The notes below the pieces were generated by a model that was given only the letters and a program-made list of their open reading frames with translations, had not been told where the DNA came from and ran no database searches. From the NCBI GenBank assembly GCA_965217115.1, contig OZ244239.1, forward strand, positions 1,760,001 to 1,824,000: 64,000 bases of DNA, given 5' to 3'. This stretch comes from Bdellovibrionales bacterium. GTDB taxonomy: Bacteria > Bdellovibrionota > Bdellovibrionia > Bdellovibrionales > CAYMLA01. This document shows, piece after piece, positions 20,301 to 30,692 of the stretch (its first letter is position 1; each line of letters starts with the position of its first letter). The position numbers and the translations under genes were made by a program.

Positions 20301-20953
20301 TGGAGGAGTTGAAATTAAAAATTTCCAAAATTGGCGAGGTGAATCTTTCAGCCATTGATGAGTATGAAGAAACCCAGAAACGTTATGACTTCTTGTCGGA
20401 GCAATACCAGGACTTGATTGATGCTAAGGAGCAATTGCGTAAGGTGATTGAGCGTATTAATCGTATTTGTTCAAAGAGATTTAAGGAGACGTTTGTGGCG
20501 GTGGACCGTCGATTTCAGACTGTGTTCCCAGTCCTTTTCGGCGGTGGAGAGGCTAAGCTGGTCTTGATTGAAGATTCTGAAAAAGATGAAATGGGAATTG
20601 ATATTGTAGCTAAACCTCCAGGTAAGAAGTTGCAGAGTATTTCGTTGATGTCGGGTGGAGAGAAAGCGTTGACGGCGGTGGCTTTAATTTTTTCAATTTT
20701 CTTAGTGAAACCTTCGCCTTATTGCCTGTTAGATGAGGTGGACGCTCCTTTGGATGACGCCAATGTGGCGAGATTTAACGATTTAGTGATGGAGATGTCT
20801 AAGCGCAGTCAAATCATTGTGGTGACTCATAATAAATACACGATGGAAGTGGTGCGCAAACTCTATGGTGTGACAATGCAGGAGCGAGGGGTTTCTAAAA
20901 TGGTGTCAGTCGCTTTAAATGAGGTAAGCTCTTTTGTTGGTCTTGAGGCATAA
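17342..20953 (+). CDS. smc: Chromosome segregation protein SMC
   Basis: GFKSF, GPNGCGKSN, long coiled coils with hinge, MSGGEK, LDEVDAPLD. Confidence 0.97.
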   Translation: MRIKKLDIAGFKSFKDRTVIQFDKGITGIVGPNGCGKSNIVDALMWVMGEMSAKHLRGNNMSDVIFGGSEDYTSSGMAEVSLTLQNDEGAFPVKYAKHSEIMVTRRLHRSGESEYLINKESVRLRDVQEIFMDTGAGSKGFSIIEQGKIGEIITAKPLDRRSLIEEAAGITKFKARKKESQRKLASTDQNLVRLQDIIGELKRQLDSLHRQAKRAERYRSLKQEIEKIDLWVSSRQYLQLKISVEEAQVSFDEAQGQDVKGEVELREMEVRLLSIKTDIADFENSVTEKQEAYYNVKEQVVLKEKALQELKFEIESTRRSEEQTETLRGEQGARHQLLTRDKSELSEKVAVLKTEAEDLKGKFSEKNKTYQDCYGRIAEIDDELTEKRRGILGLAQKEAHLEAKIHSMDEQLTESRDRREEKKNLFQELQAKEKDFEKRYKKLTSDLEKQKQLHLDMTKDVESYEANRQLLTEKLNGKRAEVDGFKDQLNEVTSLLYGLENLQSNFEGFDEGVKSVMFWQKERVQRLSAGGSVSVEEQYNLVSEVVEVPGEYEIAMEAALGTRLQTLLSESDTASLEAVDFLKNQESGRSSFINSDNERGFANLENVPNGKAVIAILKDVIKVPEKFSKTVSGLLDGVAVVDSVKSSLELRDQYRGWSFVTMDGDTLSADGVLTGGAKGSAESGVLKRKREIKELSQKKEEWAGKFNLAKLAMVKLENQLKQVVKDWEEFNKRSVDQEIRVVELKKDVERGQTEFNQSRSATQSHQTELNHLFEALEESEKNHLEFKESLKETLQEKETLEQCVERLQEEYTTSKLSVECLQNEVTEFKVHSVSKNQELEGIEKQLSMVSHSLDDLENHLSRMNDESLRNNESLSSHQLSLQQGQLNLERLIGQVEENRISLAHAKDQYEENATGLRGLEAKVNGMLKERSSYQAIMNESHLKLEQAKMRESHLVEHVKEKYMVDLPVIAHECAQREEDGDEAAVRLEELKLKISKIGEVNLSAIDEYEETQKRYDFLSEQYQDLIDAKEQLRKVIERINRICSKRFKETFVAVDRRFQTVFPVLFGGGEAKLVLIEDSEKDEMGIDIVAKPPGKKLQSISLMSGGEKALTAVALIFSIFLVKPSPYCLLDEVDAPLDDANVARFNDLVMEMSKRSQIIVVTHNKYTMEVVRKLYGVTMQERGVSKMVSVALNEVSSFVGLEA

Positions 20954-20955
20954 AA

Positions 20956-21591
20956 ATGGAAATTTACAAATGCTCTACTGAGTCTGGTAAGAATTGGTAT
21001 ATTGAAGGTTGGGAGTTATTAAAGAAGGACCCGTTTAAGAGTGTTTGGGTGGGTCTTTCACTAGTATTGCTACCTCTTGTACTTACGTTCTTTCCTCTTG
21101 TGGGTAAGTTTTTGGCTCCATTGGCCACGTCTTTTCTTACTTTGGGATTTTATGTTTATGCAAAAAATCTAGAACAAAATACCGAAGGAGCCTTTAAGGA
21201 CCTGTTTGTTGCTTTTTCTGATGGTATCTTGTTGCGCCGTTTGGTTCCTTACTTATTAGCTTCTGTTGCGGTCTCTTTTATCGTGAACTTCGTCTCGTCA
21301 TCGGGATTGGCACTCTCTAGTTTTTGGGGAACGGCTGTTTATCTATTTTGGGTGGCGGGGACGTTATACAGTTTACCGTTAATTTATGAAGGGTTCGAGT
21401 TCAGTGAGTCTGTTAAGTGCAGTTTGAAAGCAACCCATAAAAATTGGATATCTTTTTTATTGATGGCGACAATTGGCTTAGTTGTTTTAATTTTGTGCTT
21501 AATCCCATTAGGGTTGGGGTTGGTGATCTTTATTCCGTTGAGTCACTTTGTTTGGTATCGTTCTTTTAAAGAAATTTTTCCTAACTTTTAG
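20956..21591 (+). CDS. Polytopic membrane protein (BPSS1780-like)
   Basis: Hydrophobic 211 aa; W..EGW.L, IPLGLGLVIFIP pattern. Confidence 0.6.
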   Translation: MEIYKCSTESGKNWYIEGWELLKKDPFKSVWVGLSLVLLPLVLTFFPLVGKFLAPLATSFLTLGFYVYAKNLEQNTEGAFKDLFVAFSDGILLRRLVPYLLASVAVSFIVNFVSSSGLALSSFWGTAVYLFWVAGTLYSLPLIYEGFEFSESVKCSLKATHKNWISFLLMATIGLVVLILCLIPLGLGLVIFIPLSHFVWYRSFKEIFPNF

Positions 21592-21602
21592 CTGAAGCCA
21601 TA

Positions 21603-22973
21603 TCAGCACTCGGTGATATTAACGGCGAGACCTCCTTCGGAAGTTTCTTTATATTTAGTTTTCATATCCTCTCCAGTTTCAGCCATGGTTTTTATAGCTG
21701 AGTCGAGAGAAACGTGATGGAGTCCATTGCCTTTGAGGGCGATACGAGCGGCATTGATGGCCTTGACGGCTCCCATGGCATTGCGTTCGATACAGGGAAT
21801 TTGCACAAGGCCACCTACGGGATCACAGGTGAGGCCTAGATTGTGTTCTATTCCAATTTCGGCAGCTTCTTCAACCTGTGAAGGGGTTCCTCCAAGGGCT
21901 TCGACGAGTCCTGCCGCTGCCATAGAGCAGGCAACGCCGACTTCTCCCTGACAGCCAACTTCAGCTCCTGAGAAGGAGGCATTTTTTTTATAAAGAGTGG
22001 CTATAGCCCCTGATGTCAGCAGAAATTTTTTTGCACCATCCAGAGAGCCGTTGCGAAACTGTGTGTAATAGCGAAGGACAGCAGGTATAATTCCAGAGGC
22101 TCCATTGGTAGGAGCTGTGACAACCTTTGAACCGGCGGCATTTTCTTCATTCACGGCGATGGCATACAGATTAACCCAATCTAAAATTTCTAAGGGATCG
22201 TTAGCATTTTTATCAAAAGAGAGTTTTTTGTAAAGAGCGGGGGCACGGCGGTTGATTTTCATAGGTCCAGGTAAAGTGCCTTCTTGTGTGAGACCTTTAT
22301 TGATACAGTCGTTCATGGCTTTTAATATTTTTTCTAACTGTAGATTGATCTCTTCTAAAGAAAGATGTTCGTTTTCATTTTCAAGGACCACTTGGCTAAT
22401 GCTTTTTCCAGTGAGTGAGCAGATTTTTAGAAGCTCTCTGCCGCTATTGAAGTTATGAGCAGAGGGAGTCTTTTTGTCTTCGTCTGAAATTTGAGTCTTT
22501 CGATGGGAGGTATCCTCAGAGAGAACAAATCCTCCGCCTGTAGAGTAGTAGGTCGCTTCTTTAATGATTTTTCCAAATTTGTAGGCGTAAAACATCATGC
22601 CATTGGAATGGAGGGGGAGAAGCCTTTGGCGATTAAAAGTAATATCTTCTTTTATGTTGAATGAAATGCTTGATTGACTATTAAAGAGTTGGATTTTCTG
22701 TGTTTCTTTAACCCTGTCTAACTCTTGGTACATACTATCAGGGTTGATATCTTCTGGAGTCTGTCCTTGTAATCCCCAGACGATAGCTTTGTCTGTTCCA
22801 TGCCCGAGGCCAGTGAAGGCCAGAGAGCCGTGAAGAGAGACTTTGATCTGAGTGACTTCAGATATTTCGGGAAGGCTTTCCAAAAATAGCTTGGCGGCCT
22901 TCATAGGACCAATGGTGTGGGAGCTGGAAGGGCCAATGCTTATTTTAAAAATATCAAAGATACTCAGAGCCAT
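21603..22973 (-). CDS. sdaA: L-serine ammonia-lyase, Fe-S type
   Basis: [45 protein letters not shown]. Confidence 0.97.
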   Translation of the reverse strand: MALSIFDIFKISIGPSSSHTIGPMKAAKLFLESLPEISEVTQIKVSLHGSLAFTGLGHGTDKAIVWGLQGQTPEDINPDSMYQELDRVKETQKIQLFNSQSSISFNIKEDITFNRQRLLPLHSNGMMFYAYKFGKIIKEATYYSTGGGFVLSEDTSHRKTQISDEDKKTPSAHNFNSGRELLKICSLTGKSISQVVLENENEHLSLEEINLQLEKILKAMNDCINKGLTQEGTLPGPMKINRRAPALYKKLSFDKNANDPLEILDWVNLYAIAVNEENAAGSKVVTAPTNGASGIIPAVLRYYTQFRNGSLDGAKKFLLTSGAIATLYKKNASFSGAEVGCQGEVGVACSMAAAGLVEALGGTPSQVEEAAEIGIEHNLGLTCDPVGGLVQIPCIERNAMGAVKAINAARIALKGNGLHHVSLDSAIKTMAETGEDMKTKYKETSEGGLAVNITEC

Positions 22974-23154
22974 GCTTCACTCCATGGTTAATATTTGAAA
23001 TTCAAATGTATGTTTACCTTTAGAACTATTTATTTGTTAAGGCAAGATTTTAGGCATTGATTCTGTGATAATTGGAGATGTACCCCTATCATTGCAATGA
23101 AGATAGGAATTCAGAAACATGTACAAGGCTGTTTTTAACAGAAGATTTTTCCTT

Positions 23155-24828
23155 CTAGAACTCTTTGTACCAAGTGGGCCAGTGTAGACACTGATTGCCT
23201 TGTGATGCTTGAAGGCCTTTAAGATAGAGACTTCTACCAATGAGGCAAGTGTCTGTGATCCACAACCAAGTGATGGGGAGTTCCTTGCGAAGCTCTTGAA
23301 GAAGCCGTGGGTAGAGTTGGGCCTCGCGTGATTTTTTTGATAGTGCTTTAGTGATCTGATTTATTTTAGGAGAATTGAGCCCCCAGTGATTGAGGGAACC
23401 ATTTTGGTGCCAGTTGACAAAGGGTTGTAGGGGAAAAGCAATGGCCTTTGCGATGAGAACTGCTGCGAATTTTTTTTCTTTAATCAATTTTTCTAAAGTG
23501 TTCCATTCTATATATTTAATGTTCATTTTAATACCAGACTTTCTAAGTTTTTGCTGATAGGCTTCGAGCCATTCGGTGTGGAAATTCATAGGAGCATAGA
23601 TCTGAAATTGAAATGGTGTGAGTTGTTGGGTGCTTATTTTGTCCAAAATGCCATCTCGGTTACGATCCAACCAGCCTTCTTGGGAGAGAATTTTTCTGGC
23701 TTCTGTGATATTGGACTCTCTTCTATTGATTTGACTCCTCGTTTTTTTGAACGCGCCATTGTTTTTTTTCTTAGAATGTATTCCCGTCTGATATGAAAAA
23801 TTATGTGGAAAATCAGATGCCCATGGGCTATTGGTGGGAGAGTCTGTGAGCGAATGAAGTTTCTCGTGTGTTGGAGTGAGAAGGCTCAAGGCATGGCGAA
23901 TTTTTCGGGATTTAAGTAAAGGGTGCTTGAGATTCCAACCGATAAACGTAAGGTTTTGGGGAATGGGAGTTTGTATTTTTTCTACAATAAGATGGGGAGG
24001 AGTAGAATTGGAGAGGTTTTGGAATTCAGCAGGAGAGAGTTCAGCGATGTCTATGTCACCACGTTTTAGAGAGATTATTTTTGTCACGGGGTTAAAAATA
24101 AACTTATAACGAACAATTGAAAACTGATAGAGGGCGAGGTCTTTTTCTTTAAAGCCCCACCACTGAGGGTTACGTTCAAACTCGATGTATTGATTTTTTA
24201 ACCATTTTTTAAAGCGATAGGGGCCTGACCCAATAATATCGGTATCGTTGAGCTTGAGATCTCGATTAAAGTCTTTTGGCCTTTGCAGAAAGTAACTAAA
24301 ACGATGCTGTGGCAAAATAGGAAAGAAGAGTTTGTATAAATTTGTATCAATTGGAGGTTGAGAGAAAGAAATCAGAAGTTTTCTTTGAGATAGAACAGAG
24401 ATACTCTCAATACCTTGGGTTTTAATTTTTAGATAAGGGGCATCAATTTGTGGGTGAGTGATAATTCTGTAGCTAAAGGCAACATCATTTGCAGTGAGGG
24501 ATTTTCCGTCGTGAAATTTTAAATTTTGTTTTAAAGTCACTGTGATTTGCCGATCATTTTTCTTCCAGATTTTTTCACAAATACGACAAATAGCAGCGCC
24601 TGATTTTGGGTCTTGGATGAAAAAATCCTCAAAAACACCTGGTCGAAAAAAAGGAGAGGTGATGGGGTTTAGAGAGGTTTGGGGAAAGGTTAGAACTCGG
24701 TTAAGAGTGTTCTTAGGTGTTCTGTGGTTAAGGTTTTTAGCGTAAAGTGGTATGATATTAAAAATCATGATGAAAGATAAAAGAATAGAAAACATATAAT
24801 TAGATACAAGAAAACACACATTCTTCAT
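23155..24828 (-). CDS. Peptide/nickel ABC transporter substrate-binding protein (family 5)
   Basis: LKFHDGKSLTANDVAFS, IGSGPYRF, GWLDRNRDGILDK. Confidence 0.85.
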   Translation of the reverse strand: MKNVCFLVSNYMFSILLSFIMIFNIIPLYAKNLNHRTPKNTLNRVLTFPQTSLNPITSPFFRPGVFEDFFIQDPKSGAAICRICEKIWKKNDRQITVTLKQNLKFHDGKSLTANDVAFSYRIITHPQIDAPYLKIKTQGIESISVLSQRKLLISFSQPPIDTNLYKLFFPILPQHRFSYFLQRPKDFNRDLKLNDTDIIGSGPYRFKKWLKNQYIEFERNPQWWGFKEKDLALYQFSIVRYKFIFNPVTKIISLKRGDIDIAELSPAEFQNLSNSTPPHLIVEKIQTPIPQNLTFIGWNLKHPLLKSRKIRHALSLLTPTHEKLHSLTDSPTNSPWASDFPHNFSYQTGIHSKKKNNGAFKKTRSQINRRESNITEARKILSQEGWLDRNRDGILDKISTQQLTPFQFQIYAPMNFHTEWLEAYQQKLRKSGIKMNIKYIEWNTLEKLIKEKKFAAVLIAKAIAFPLQPFVNWHQNGSLNHWGLNSPKINQITKALSKKSREAQLYPRLLQELRKELPITWLWITDTCLIGRSLYLKGLQASQGNQCLHWPTWYKEF

Positions 24829-25006
24829 TATTCTAAGGATTATCCCAGAATTTGAATGTTTCGGCCACTTAAATTTTTGAAAACGATTTAATCGTGTTTT
24901 AAAAGAAACTCTTTACAGAATGCTTGCTTCATGGGAAGTGTCCATGGAAGTATTGTGCGGAAATTCTGTGTAAGTGAGTTTTTATTAGAACAACCCTTGA
25001 GGTATT

Positions 25007-26116
25007 ATGAAAGTTTCTAAGAATATTTTAGATTTGGTGCCTTATAGGCCAGGAAAACCTATTGAGGAGGCTAAGAGGGAATATGGTTTAGATAGAGCTT
25101 ATAAATTGGCAAGTAATGAGAACCCATTGGGAGTGAGTCCAAGAGTGGTGAAAGCCTTGGAGTCTTCCTTGGATAAAATTCATTTGTATCCAGATGCTTC
25201 TTGTTACGAATTGACCCATAAAATGGCGGAACATTATGGGATGGAGACTGAATGGCTGTGCTTTGGTAACGGTTCTAATGAGCTTATTGATCTTTTAATT
25301 CGTATTTACTGTGAACCAGGAGATAGAATCCTGACATCGCAAGCGGCTTTTATTGCCTATAGAATTTGTGCGCAAGCAGCCCGAGTTGAAACAGAAGAAA
25401 CGTCTTTAAAAGAAGACTTGTCCATTGATATTCAAGCGATAGTTAATAATTACAAAGAGGCAAAGAAGAAGCCGAAAATAATTTTTTTGCCCAATCCAAA
25501 CAACCCTACAGGTACCTGTGTTGGACGTAGAGAAGTGGAAATGCTTTTAAATGAGCTGGGAAATCAAGAAAATCTTCTAATTGTTTTTGATGAGGCTTAT
25601 AATGAATTTGTAAGAATGAAAGACTATTCTGATACCCTTAAGTATGTGCGCAAATACAATAATGTTATTGTATTACGCACGATGAGTAAGGTTTATGGTT
25701 TGGCAGGCTTAAGAGTAGGGAGTTTGATTGCAAGACCAGAGGTCATTGATTTGGTGAATCGCGTGCGTAATCCTTTTAATGTGAATTATTTAGCACAAGT
25801 TTCGGCAGTGGCAGCTTTAGGGGATAAGGATTTTTTACAGAGATCTAAGGAATTAGTGTGGTCAGGGTTAGATTATTTTTATAAAGAATTGAAGCTTTTA
25901 GGTTTGCCCTATGTGGAGTCTCAGGCAAATTTTGTTCTTTTTGATACTTTGCAAAACGCAGAAAAGGTGGCAGAAAAATTATTTCAGAAAGGTATTTTGC
26001 TACGTCCAGTGGGAGTTTATGGCTTTCCCAGACATTTACGAATGAGTGTGGGATTGCCTGAGGAGAATAAGGCTGCTATGACGGAGTTAAGAGCTGTGTT
26101 AAAAAAGGACTTATAG
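25007..26116 (+). CDS. hisC: Histidinol-phosphate aminotransferase
   Basis: KLASNENP, GNGSNELI, NPNNPTG, DEAY, RTMSKVYGLAGLRVG. Confidence 0.95.
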   Translation: MKVSKNILDLVPYRPGKPIEEAKREYGLDRAYKLASNENPLGVSPRVVKALESSLDKIHLYPDASCYELTHKMAEHYGMETEWLCFGNGSNELIDLLIRIYCEPGDRILTSQAAFIAYRICAQAARVETEETSLKEDLSIDIQAIVNNYKEAKKKPKIIFLPNPNNPTGTCVGRREVEMLLNELGNQENLLIVFDEAYNEFVRMKDYSDTLKYVRKYNNVIVLRTMSKVYGLAGLRVGSLIARPEVIDLVNRVRNPFNVNYLAQVSAVAALGDKDFLQRSKELVWSGLDYFYKELKLLGLPYVESQANFVLFDTLQNAEKVAEKLFQKGILLRPVGVYGFPRHLRMSVGLPEENKAAMTELRAVLKKDL

Positions 26117-26119
26117 ATC

Positions 26120-26785
26120 GTGAATAAAAATTTTGTTGTGACAATTGATGGCCCTGCAGCTTCAGGAAAAACCTCTGTGAGTCGTGATTTGGCGAAGATA
26201 TTGGGGTGGAGCTGGGTTTCAACCGGAGCTTTTTATCGTGGGCTGGCCTATGTGGCCGACCAAGAAAAAACGGATATAAGCAATGAGTTGGCCCTTGTGG
26301 AGTTGATTAGGTCCAAATTATGGTCAGTTCAACTGAGTCAGGAGAGGACCGATGTTATCTATCGAGGCCAGAATGTGACCGAAGATATCCATTTGGAAAG
26401 GGTGGGGAATGTGGCCAGTCGAATTAGCTCCTTTCCCCTTTTGCGTGGGGAGCTTCTCAAGCCTCAGAGGGATTGTGCTCAATCGGTTTCAGGGTTGATT
26501 GCTGAGGGGAGGGATTGCGGCACGGTGGTTTTTCCAGAGGCCTTGGCCAAGTTCTATCTGACGGCGAAAAGTGAGGATCGGGCGGCGAGAAGGGCTCGGG
26601 AAGAATCAAAGTCTCTGGATGACACGATTCGAGAGCAGCAAAAACGTGATGAGCAGGACAGCAGCAGAAAATTGGCTCCATTGGTGGTTCCCTTGGGTAG
26701 CGAAGTGGTGGATACGAGTCAATTGAGTTTGGATGAAGTGGTGACTCTTGTGGAGGTATCAGTGCGGAGAAAGCTCAATATTTGA
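26120..26785 (+). CDS. cmk: Cytidylate kinase
   Basis: IDGPAASGKT, EGRDCGTVVFP; upstream of rpsA. Confidence 0.95.
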   Translation: MNKNFVVTIDGPAASGKTSVSRDLAKILGWSWVSTGAFYRGLAYVADQEKTDISNELALVELIRSKLWSVQLSQERTDVIYRGQNVTEDIHLERVGNVASRISSFPLLRGELLKPQRDCAQSVSGLIAEGRDCGTVVFPEALAKFYLTAKSEDRAARRAREESKSLDDTIREQQKRDEQDSSRKLAPLVVPLGSEVVDTSQLSLDEVVTLVEVSVRRKLNI

Positions 26786-26858
26786 TGATGAGGTCTGCTT
26801 TGTGAAGAGCCGAATTTAAATAAAGCGTCCATAAAACCCCAATAAAACAGCATTTTCT

Positions 26859-26888
26859 TTGACATATAAGCCTTGTTTTTTATACAAA
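26859..26888 (+). promoter_or_regulatory. Candidate sigma70 promoter of rpsA
   Basis: TTGACA at 26859 followed by TATACA/TACAAA at 16-18 bp spacing. Confidence 0.45.
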
Positions 26889-27026
26889 TGGTGTCTTATT
26901 TCTGACACAGGATAATCTTGTGGTTTGTAATGGTGCAGGCCTTAACCGTCTTGATGTTAATAGGGATAAGATTGTAGAGGAGCTCTTTGTTGTTACTCGC
27001 ACATGGAGATTCTTGGGAGGTTATAT

Positions 27027-28853
27027 TTGACACAGAAAGTGAGTAAAGCGAAAGAAAAGGCACTCAATGTTTTAGCTATGCTGGATGCGGAGGATGCCAA
27101 TGTTGATTGTAATCCAGGAGCTATGGTTAAAACGAAGGACTCTGAATTTAGTTCTATGTTTGAAGACTCTCTTCAAGATAACGATCATAAAGTAGGCGAT
27201 GTTGTTGAGGGAACAGTTGTTGAAGTTCAGACTGACTACGTTCTAGTAGATATTAACTACAAGTCGGAAGGTTTAATTCGTCTTAGTGAATTTCGCTTAA
27301 CTGAAGAAAAAAAATTAAATCCAGGGGATAAGGTCGAGGTCTATATTGATCGTATCGAAACTGATAATGGTATGGTGGGTCTGTCTAAAGAAAAAGCAGA
27401 TATGCTCAGAGCGTGGAATGATATTTCCAAAGCTGCTGAGAACGAAGAAATAATTGAAGGTGTTATAATCTCTAAGGTAAAAGGCGGTTTGAGTGTTGAT
27501 ATAGGAGTGAAAGCCTTTTTACCAGGGAGTCAAATTGACTTGCGACCTGTGCGTAATATGGATGGATACTTAGGTAAGACTTATAAATTTAAGGTGATTA
27601 AATTTAATAAGCAGAGAGGTAATATTGTCCTCTCCCGTCGAGCTATTTTAGAGCAAGAGAGAGAGAGCTTACGTTCCCAGACTCTTGATCAAATGCAGGA
27701 AGGGGCTGTGGTTAAAGGGATAGTGAAGAATATCACTGATTATGGTGCTTTTATTGACCTTGGCGGTATGGACGGATTACTTCATATCACTGATATGAGT
27801 TGGGGCCGAGTGAAGCACCCTTCTGAAATACTAAAAGTGGCAGATGAGGTTGATGTAAAAGTTCTTAAATTTGATAATGAAAAACAGCGTGTCAGCCTTG
27901 GTCTGAAGCAATTGCATGATGACCCTTGGGAATCAGTTCGTGAGCAGTTCCCTCTTGAAACAAAATTAAGTGGAAAGGTTGTTAGTTTGGCCGACTACGG
28001 TGCTTTTGTTGAATTAGGCAAAGGAATTGAAGGATTGATTCACGTGAGTGAAATGAGTTGGACTAAGCGGGTGAAACATCCTTCGGAATTGGTGACTATT
28101 GGCGATGACATTAATGTGGTTGTTCTAGATGTGGATATGGGAAATCGCCGTATCAGTTTAGGAATAAAACAGCTTGAGGAGAACCCTTGGGTTCAACTGA
28201 AGGAATCCTATACTCCAGGAACAATTATTGAGAGCAATGTGAAATCGGTGACTGATTTTGGTGTGTTCATTGAAATTGATGATGATATTGATGGTTTGAT
28301 TCATATCTCTGATTTTTCTTGGACGAAACGTGTGAGCCATCCGTCAGAAGTCTATACAAAAGGAGATAAGATACGTGGTGTGGTTCTCGGTGTAGACGTT
28401 GAGAGTGAGCGCTTTAGCTTAGGTATTAAGCAACTAGAAGTTGACCCATGGTCGAAAGCTGAAGAGACATTTGCTCTGGGGACTCAGCATGATGTGAAGG
28501 TGACTAAGACGGCAGATTTTGGTGTGTTTGTTGAGCTTGATAAAGACATTGAAGGTCTAATACACATCAGTGAACTGAGTATAGAAAAGGTTGCTAAGGC
28601 TGAGGATATCGTCAAAGAAGGTGACACAATTAAAGCTGAAGTGATTATGATAGATAAAGAAGCTCGTAAGATAGGTTTGAGTTCTAAGCTTGTGATTCTT
28701 CGTGAAAATAGAGAGGACGTAGAGGACTATGTAAAAAAGGCAACTTCGACCTCTAAAGCGACGATGGGAGATGTGTTTGGAGATGCACTTAAAGCGTTTG
28801 AAAAAACTGATGATTTGTCTCAAGATTCTCCTCTAGAGGAAGAAGAAGAGTAG
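27027..28853 (+). CDS. rpsA: 30S ribosomal protein S1
   Basis: Repeated S1 domains (DYGAFIDLGGMDGLLHITDMSW etc.); GGGAGG SD before TTG 27027. Confidence 0.97.
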   Translation: MTQKVSKAKEKALNVLAMLDAEDANVDCNPGAMVKTKDSEFSSMFEDSLQDNDHKVGDVVEGTVVEVQTDYVLVDINYKSEGLIRLSEFRLTEEKKLNPGDKVEVYIDRIETDNGMVGLSKEKADMLRAWNDISKAAENEEIIEGVIISKVKGGLSVDIGVKAFLPGSQIDLRPVRNMDGYLGKTYKFKVIKFNKQRGNIVLSRRAILEQERESLRSQTLDQMQEGAVVKGIVKNITDYGAFIDLGGMDGLLHITDMSWGRVKHPSEILKVADEVDVKVLKFDNEKQRVSLGLKQLHDDPWESVREQFPLETKLSGKVVSLADYGAFVELGKGIEGLIHVSEMSWTKRVKHPSELVTIGDDINVVVLDVDMGNRRISLGIKQLEENPWVQLKESYTPGTIIESNVKSVTDFGVFIEIDDDIDGLIHISDFSWTKRVSHPSEVYTKGDKIRGVVLGVDVESERFSLGIKQLEVDPWSKAEETFALGTQHDVKVTKTADFGVFVELDKDIEGLIHISELSIEKVAKAEDIVKEGDTIKAEVIMIDKEARKIGLSSKLVILRENREDVEDYVKKATSTSKATMGDVFGDALKAFEKTDDLSQDSPLEEEEE

Positions 28854-28904
28854 GTTAAAGAGGATGTAAAAAAAGTCACTCTTTAAAACAGGGGAGCATA
28901 TAAG

Positions 28905-28935
28905 AGAGGAGCTGCCGTACTAGCTCCTCTTTTTA
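28905..28935 (+). terminator. Intrinsic terminator after rpsA
   Basis: AGAGGAGCT-N8-AGCTCCTCT followed by a T run. Confidence 0.8.
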
Positions 28936-28998
28936 TATTTACAGCAGTGTTAAATATTATCAATGGTAAAATCTAAAGCGTTTAGCTGAGATGTGTGT

Positions 28999-29544
28999 AT
29001 GAAAAAAGAAATGGATAAAAATGAGAGTGAAGATCATATACAAATCAATGGTGAAGTTTGGCCTTTGGAAAGAGATATTATGTCTCGTCCAGAAAGGCTC
29101 AAGTATGTACGCAAAATTATTAAACCGAAAGGCTGTGTTTTCTGCAAAGTTATAAAGGAAAGAAAAAGAGAGCATTATTTACTCCATAGTTCGACCCATA
29201 GCTTTGTTGTTTTAAATCGTTATCCCTACAATAATGGACATGTGTTAGTTCTTCCGCAGAGGCATGTAGGTGATATGTGGGACTTGTCTGATGAAGAGTA
29301 TATTGATCTGAGCTTATTGGTGCGTCACTCAGTGAGTGTTTTAAAAAAAGTTTATGGATGTGAAGGGCTGAATGTGGGCTTAAATCACGGGAAAGTGGCT
29401 GGAGCTGGTATTCCTGATCATCTTCATTACCATGTGATTCCGCGTTGGGCAGGGGACACTAATTTTTTTCCGCTGATTTCCCAGACGAAAGTCGTCGTAG
29501 AAACTTTAGATCAAACCTATGAGCTGTTACAATCTCATTTTTAG
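28999..29544 (+). CDS. HIT family hydrolase
   Basis: CVFC, LNRYPYNNGH, HLHYHVIPRW. Confidence 0.92.
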   Translation: MKKEMDKNESEDHIQINGEVWPLERDIMSRPERLKYVRKIIKPKGCVFCKVIKERKREHYLLHSSTHSFVVLNRYPYNNGHVLVLPQRHVGDMWDLSDEEYIDLSLLVRHSVSVLKKVYGCEGLNVGLNHGKVAGAGIPDHLHYHVIPRWAGDTNFFPLISQTKVVVETLDQTYELLQSHF

Positions 29545-29566
29545 GGAACATTATTAGGAGACGTTA

Positions 29567-30337
29567 ATGAACAACAGCAGTGGTACCCATCAGATTGTGA
29601 TTCCATCGGTCACTCCCATGGTTAAAAAACTAATTATTGTGACTGTCTTGATTTGGATGATCTTACAAATGATTGTGGATCGCCTTTTGGATTTTCCAAT
29701 TATTATGAATTTAGGGTTGATTCCAGGGAAGGTGATTTACGATTTTTTTCTGTGGCAGCCATTTACATATATTTTTCTTCATTCAAATCAAATGAGTCAT
29801 ATAATTTTTAATATGCTTCTTTTGTGGATGCTAGGTGGAGAGTTAGAGCAGCGTTGGGGAGGGAAATTATTTCTTAGTTATTACCTCTTTTCAGGTATTG
29901 GTGCTGGAATTATTTATACAATCATTGTCTCGGTGTATGCATCTTTGACGGGGGACCATAAAGGATTGATTATTCCTGTGATTGGAGCTTCAGGTTCGGT
30001 GTTTGGACTTATGCTGGCCTATGGAATTTTGTTTGGCGAGAGGGTTATATATTTTATGATGATTTTCCCGATGAAGGCTAAATATTTCGTCATGCTACTG
30101 GGATTGATAGAACTGGTGACGTTAGTTAATATGGGAGTGGCTGGTGGAGAGGTGGCTAATTTAGCGCATTTAGGAGGTTTGATCTCAGGATTTCTTTTTT
30201 TATTTTTTTGGACTCGTCGCAAGCAGAGAGCTTGGCGTCAAGGGCATAGGGTCAGGCATAAATCTAAAAAAAGTGATCTTCGCCTGGTTGATGACAAAGA
30301 GACTGGGAATAAAGATGACCCTAAATATTGGAATTAA
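29567..30337 (+). CDS. Rhomboid family intramembrane serine protease
   Basis: WQPFTYIFLH, HIIFNM, GASG, AHLGG. Confidence 0.93.
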   Translation: MNNSSGTHQIVIPSVTPMVKKLIIVTVLIWMILQMIVDRLLDFPIIMNLGLIPGKVIYDFFLWQPFTYIFLHSNQMSHIIFNMLLLWMLGGELEQRWGGKLFLSYYLFSGIGAGIIYTIIVSVYASLTGDHKGLIIPVIGASGSVFGLMLAYGILFGERVIYFMMIFPMKAKYFVMLLGLIELVTLVNMGVAGGEVANLAHLGGLISGFLFLFFWTRRKQRAWRQGHRVRHKSKKSDLRLVDDKETGNKDDPKYWN

Positions 30338-30361
30338 TTTCCTTATCTCTCCGTGTTTTTT

Positions 30362-30484
30362 CTACTGAGCGAATAACTTGATGAGTTTGATTAAGTCACT
30401 GTTGGTGACAAGCTCTTCAACAGAGACAGTGCCATACCAATCACGAAACTCTCTTTGAAGTTGTGCGAGTAAATTGTTTTTCAT
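30362..30484 (-). CDS. Possible 40-aa small protein
   Basis: MKNNLLAQLQREFRDWYGTVSVEELVTNSDLIKLIKLFAQ*, with AAGGTG upstream; below the ORF-track cutoff. Confidence 0.4.
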   Translation of the reverse strand: MKNNLLAQLQREFRDWYGTVSVEELVTNSDLIKLIKLFAQ

Positions 30485-30692
30485 CTTGAGACACCTTGGC
30501 GTTAAAAGTCTTTTTAATTTCTTAAGAGACGTCACTTTGTCTTCACGACAAGGGGATATTTCAATGGATGTGGCAAAACACAGAAAAACAGTTAAGCTAT
30601 TGAACTTAAAGGGAAAACTTTAAAAAATCAATTTTGACAATATTTTGAGTGAATAGTTTTTCTATCAAGAGGTTGTTGGTGAAAGTCATTAA

